DNA from: Torpedo marmorata
Taxonomy: Eukaryota
Assembly (NCBI GenBank): GCA_977017645.1
Contig: OZ360226.1
Location: 101,060,001 to 101,124,000 of the forward strand
DNA length: 64,000 bases
Direction: 5' to 3'
A model generated the notes under the pieces. The model had not been told where the DNA came from. It worked only from the letters and a program-made list of their open reading frames with translations, and did no database searches. This document shows positions 60,600 through 64,000 of this stretch, one piece after another. A program made the translations under genes and the position numbers. The first letter of the stretch is position 1, and each line of letters begins with the position of its first letter.

Positions 60600-61228
60600 T
60601 CACATGTTGATCATGTTGCCATTTCTTCTGGAGGAAACCATTTCAGAACTGTCAGTACAGCTTTCACTTTCCACACCATGGTCCAACCGTTCATACTGGA
60701 CAGTTCCATTGGCAGTAAATCCCTTCTCTTCCTTTCTCATGAACACAGGTAGAGTTGCCAGTGTTAAATTTATATCTTTAAAGGCATGCAACAGAAAGAT
60801 GCCCACGATGATGGTGAGGAAACCACTCAATGTGCCAATGATGTCGCCATTGTCCATATGATACCATTCTTTGAAAAGGATAGCTGAACATGTCAAAACG
60901 GATGTAGTGAAGAACACATAATAAATGGGAGTCACTAAGGATGTGTTGAAAATATCAAGTGCTTTGTTCAAGTAGTTAATTTGGGTGCTTATACAAGCTA
61001 TGAGGCTCAGTAAAAGGATCCATGACAGAGAGTGGGTAAGGATGGGCTTTCCTGCAAAGAGTTCCTTTATGGCAATACCAAGGCCTTTCACACAGGAAAC
61101 AGACAGGGCACCAATTACAGAACAAATGGTTATGTAAACCAAGATGTTCGTCTGCCCATGCCGGGGACCAACAACAAAAATAAGAATCAGGGAAATAATG
61201 ATGACAAATGTTGCAAACACCACGAACC
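60600..61228 (-). CDS. NIPA2: NIPA2 magnesium transporter, last coding exon
   Basis: Acceptor AG at 61230-61229; [41 protein letters not shown]; TGA at 60602-60600; synteny with CYFIP1. Confidence 0.96.
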
Positions 61229-62539
61229 CTGAAACAGAGTGGAAAAAAAACTGTTAGCAAATTAAACTAGAAGCTGAAAATATTTCACAGACCAAGCAGC
61301 AACTGTGGAGAGAGAAATGGAGATCAATGTCAATTCCTGAACGTTGCAATGTGCTAAGTCAGAAGATGACATACTTACTGTTCCTAAAGCTTTGTTGGGA
61401 GGCCAAGGACGAAAGCCAGGGTGATAGGCAAAAAGAAACTCAAGGTCACCTTTGTAGAGCAGACCATATTGCAAGCAGTAAAGTATAGAGTACTGGAAAT
61501 ATGAATCAATTACTGCTTCAGCTGGTAGCTGTTTGGGTTCCTAGATGATGGGAAGGGAAGAGTAATGAGCAGGTGTGGCACCTGCTCCTTTTTCTCCCTG
61601 AAGATTCCTAGTTGCCAGTAATTGGCTGTCTGCCCTGGGTCAGGAGATTCCTGATTTATTGCCAATTACTGAGCCTCATCCAGTGCCACAGCTGAGGTCT
61701 AAATCATGAGAGCAACACAAATTAAGAATCAAAGCAAACATGATTTGATCCATACTGTATAATGACAGCAAACAATGCCTTTACCATTAGGGCAAATAGC
61801 CTTGCAACATTTTCCTCCACTAGTCAACAGGAACAAAACCTGCTCTTACTTGCAGTGCCCAGAATACCACAGCTCATTGCATCTGACTCCGTGATTACAT
61901 TTCTAATGTCAGAATCAGACACAAAAGGCAGTCCTATTTTTAACATGGTACATCAAGGTTTACACCCCACTAAACGCATTTCTCACATTAACATTTATAT
62001 TTTTTGATACAGTTCTTTATTACAGGGTTTTCAATCTGTCTGAAAATGATCCCAAAGGCACTTCTCAGTAAAACACAAGGGATTCATCATCCAATTAAAC
62101 TGGAAGATCACCGAACAAACTAATTTCAGGAGCAACAGCTCTCATCACGAGGCTTTGTGAGAAGACACTGAAGTTGCAGAATAAACAACATGATAATAAT
62201 TTACATGTTCACTATCAAAACTAACCTGTTTTTTTATGGGTTTATTTTCCCAAAGAGAAAAAGCTGAAGAGAAGCTGAACTGGGAGAATGGTTTCTCCTG
62301 CACTTTGAACAAGTTGCAGTCCCTGTGACATAATCTCACTGACAAGTTCGCCACTAGATTCATATGTGCAGTGAAAATTACTCTCTCCATCAAACTTTAG
62401 AGTGTATGCAGGATGTGAATTTGAATTTTAACAAATTTAAGCCCTGCTCACAGTCAAAAGTGCAAGGCCAAACCCCAGCCCTGAGCTACCATTTCCATCT
62501 CTACCTGATTCCTGTCCCAAGCCCTTCAGTCTTGATCAA

Positions 62540-62850
62540 ACACAGAATGCTGGAAGAACTCAGCAGGTGGAGGCAAAAGGTGCAAATCAATGTCTCCGGA
62601 CGAGACCCTGCGTCAGGACGCAGGGGGTACAGGAAAGATTGTCAGCTTCTAGAAGTATGTACAGAGGGTGGGCAGATGGGAGAGAGGCCGGCAGGTAATA
62701 GGTGGAACCAGATGGGGAGGGGTGATGGGCAGATGGATCCAGGTGGGGTACGGGATGGGAGTGATGAACAAAGGGAGAAGAAAATTAGGTGGACAGGTGA
62801 GTGTGTTTGGAGGACAGCACTGGGGACCCTTGACTCGCTTTGCATTTTTA
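62540..62850 (-). mobile_element. Old Penelope pLTR-derived fragment
   Basis: ATGCTGGAAGAACTCAGCAGGT..GAGACCCTGCGTCAGG then purine-rich tract. Confidence 0.55.
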
Positions 62851-63717
62851 CTTCTGGCAGGCTTCACGTGTCTTCCTCCATGAACACAGGAGGCATTTAT
62901 TAAAATTTTCTGCCATTTCTTTATTCCTCATGATAAAATTTTCCTCTCTGCCTGCTGGGGGCCAACGTTTGTCTTCACCTGGGTTTTCCTTTACACCTAT
63001 CTGAAGCAACTCATTCATTCTATCTTCCTGTTTAACATCAGTTTCTTGGTCCTCCTCTACCAAGTTCCAGTGTTTCAAATCCTCCTGCTTCCTGCTATTG
63101 TAACTTTTCCTGTTTCGTTTTTGTGCATAAAACTATATTTTTAAAAAAGCTGAATATTTATTTATTTAAATCCTAGCTACTCCCCCCTCACATCTTGGCA
63201 AGTTCCTTTATATAGATTCATCACAGAATCATTTAAGACCCCAGCATTAGACTGAGATTGAAAGTGATGCACTTCAATGTCAGAATCTATGATACCAGTC
63301 ACTCTTTAAATCCTTTTACAACAGGATTATTCATCTTTTCATACTGCATCATACAAGATTTAAAAATAGCCTTTTTGTTAGCTGATCGTTGAACATAAAG
63401 ATCTTAGAAAATATTTCCTACACATTCTCCAACTTATTACGGCCAATTTGACTTGTCTGGTCTCTTTATGGTTTATTGTTTTATTTCGTACACGCACCTA
63501 ACTTTCTGATTATTTCTGTGTCCAATATTACAACTACTAAACATTAAACTTCAGCTTCTATTCAGATTTAAAATAACACAATCTATTTGACTGTATGCAA
63601 ATGGTTTGCTGAGAAATCGTACTTCTCACACCACAGCCAAGAAACTACCCATTACATCGGAGTTCTACAGCTGGATAACTTCCACCAAAACAATAATCTT
63701 ACTACAGAATAGTGGAT

Positions 63718-64000
63718 AATTGTCTGTCAGGTTGGAGGCTGGTGACCAGCGGTGTGCGTCAGGGATCTGTATTGGGCCCATTGTTGTTCGTTATATATAT
63801 CAATGATCTAGATGATGGGGTGGTAAATATGCAGATGATACTAAGATAGGTGGAATAGTGGATAATGAAGAAGGTTTTCAAGGATTGCAGAGGGATTTGG
63901 GCTGCTTAGAAAAGTGGGCTGAAAAATGGCAGATGGAGTTTAATGCTGATAAGTGTGAGGTGCTTCATTTTGGTAAGAAGAATCAGAACAGGACATATGT
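63718..64000 (+). mobile_element. CR1 RT fragment running off the window end (NIPA2 intron)
   Basis: [44 protein letters not shown]. Confidence 0.9.

Overview
Vertebrate genomic DNA whose repeat content (CR1, Penelope-like, Rex1/Babar, fish-type L1, V-SINE, Tigger/pogo and hAT MITEs) points to a cartilaginous fish; this is an inference. The window holds the last 15 coding exons of CYFIP1 (+ strand, 2709-54017, all GT-AG, reading frame continuous to ...[10 protein letters not shown]). The terminal coding exon of NIPA2 lies on the - strand (60600-61228), converging tail to tail as in the human 15q11.2 BP1-BP2 block. Most of the rest is intronic and intergenic mobile DNA, often nested, with one 257-nt assembly gap. 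The main unexplained signals are: (1) an L1 3' transduction with a 16-bp TSD; (2) variant hammerhead-ribozyme motifs in Penelope terminal repeats, including a near full-length Neptune-type element and an ORF-less foldback; (3) Tigger-type MITEs with palindromic CpG-rich cargo bearing NRF1/YY1/BANP-type motifs; (4) an apparent S|AAC L1 insertion preference; (5) a 5S-derived SINE with a Rex1/Babar-like tail; (6) TE ends at CYFIP1 branch points; (7) a perfect 9x TGCATG-containing minisatellite upstream of a 73-nt exon. All family assignments are by eye; no searches were run.
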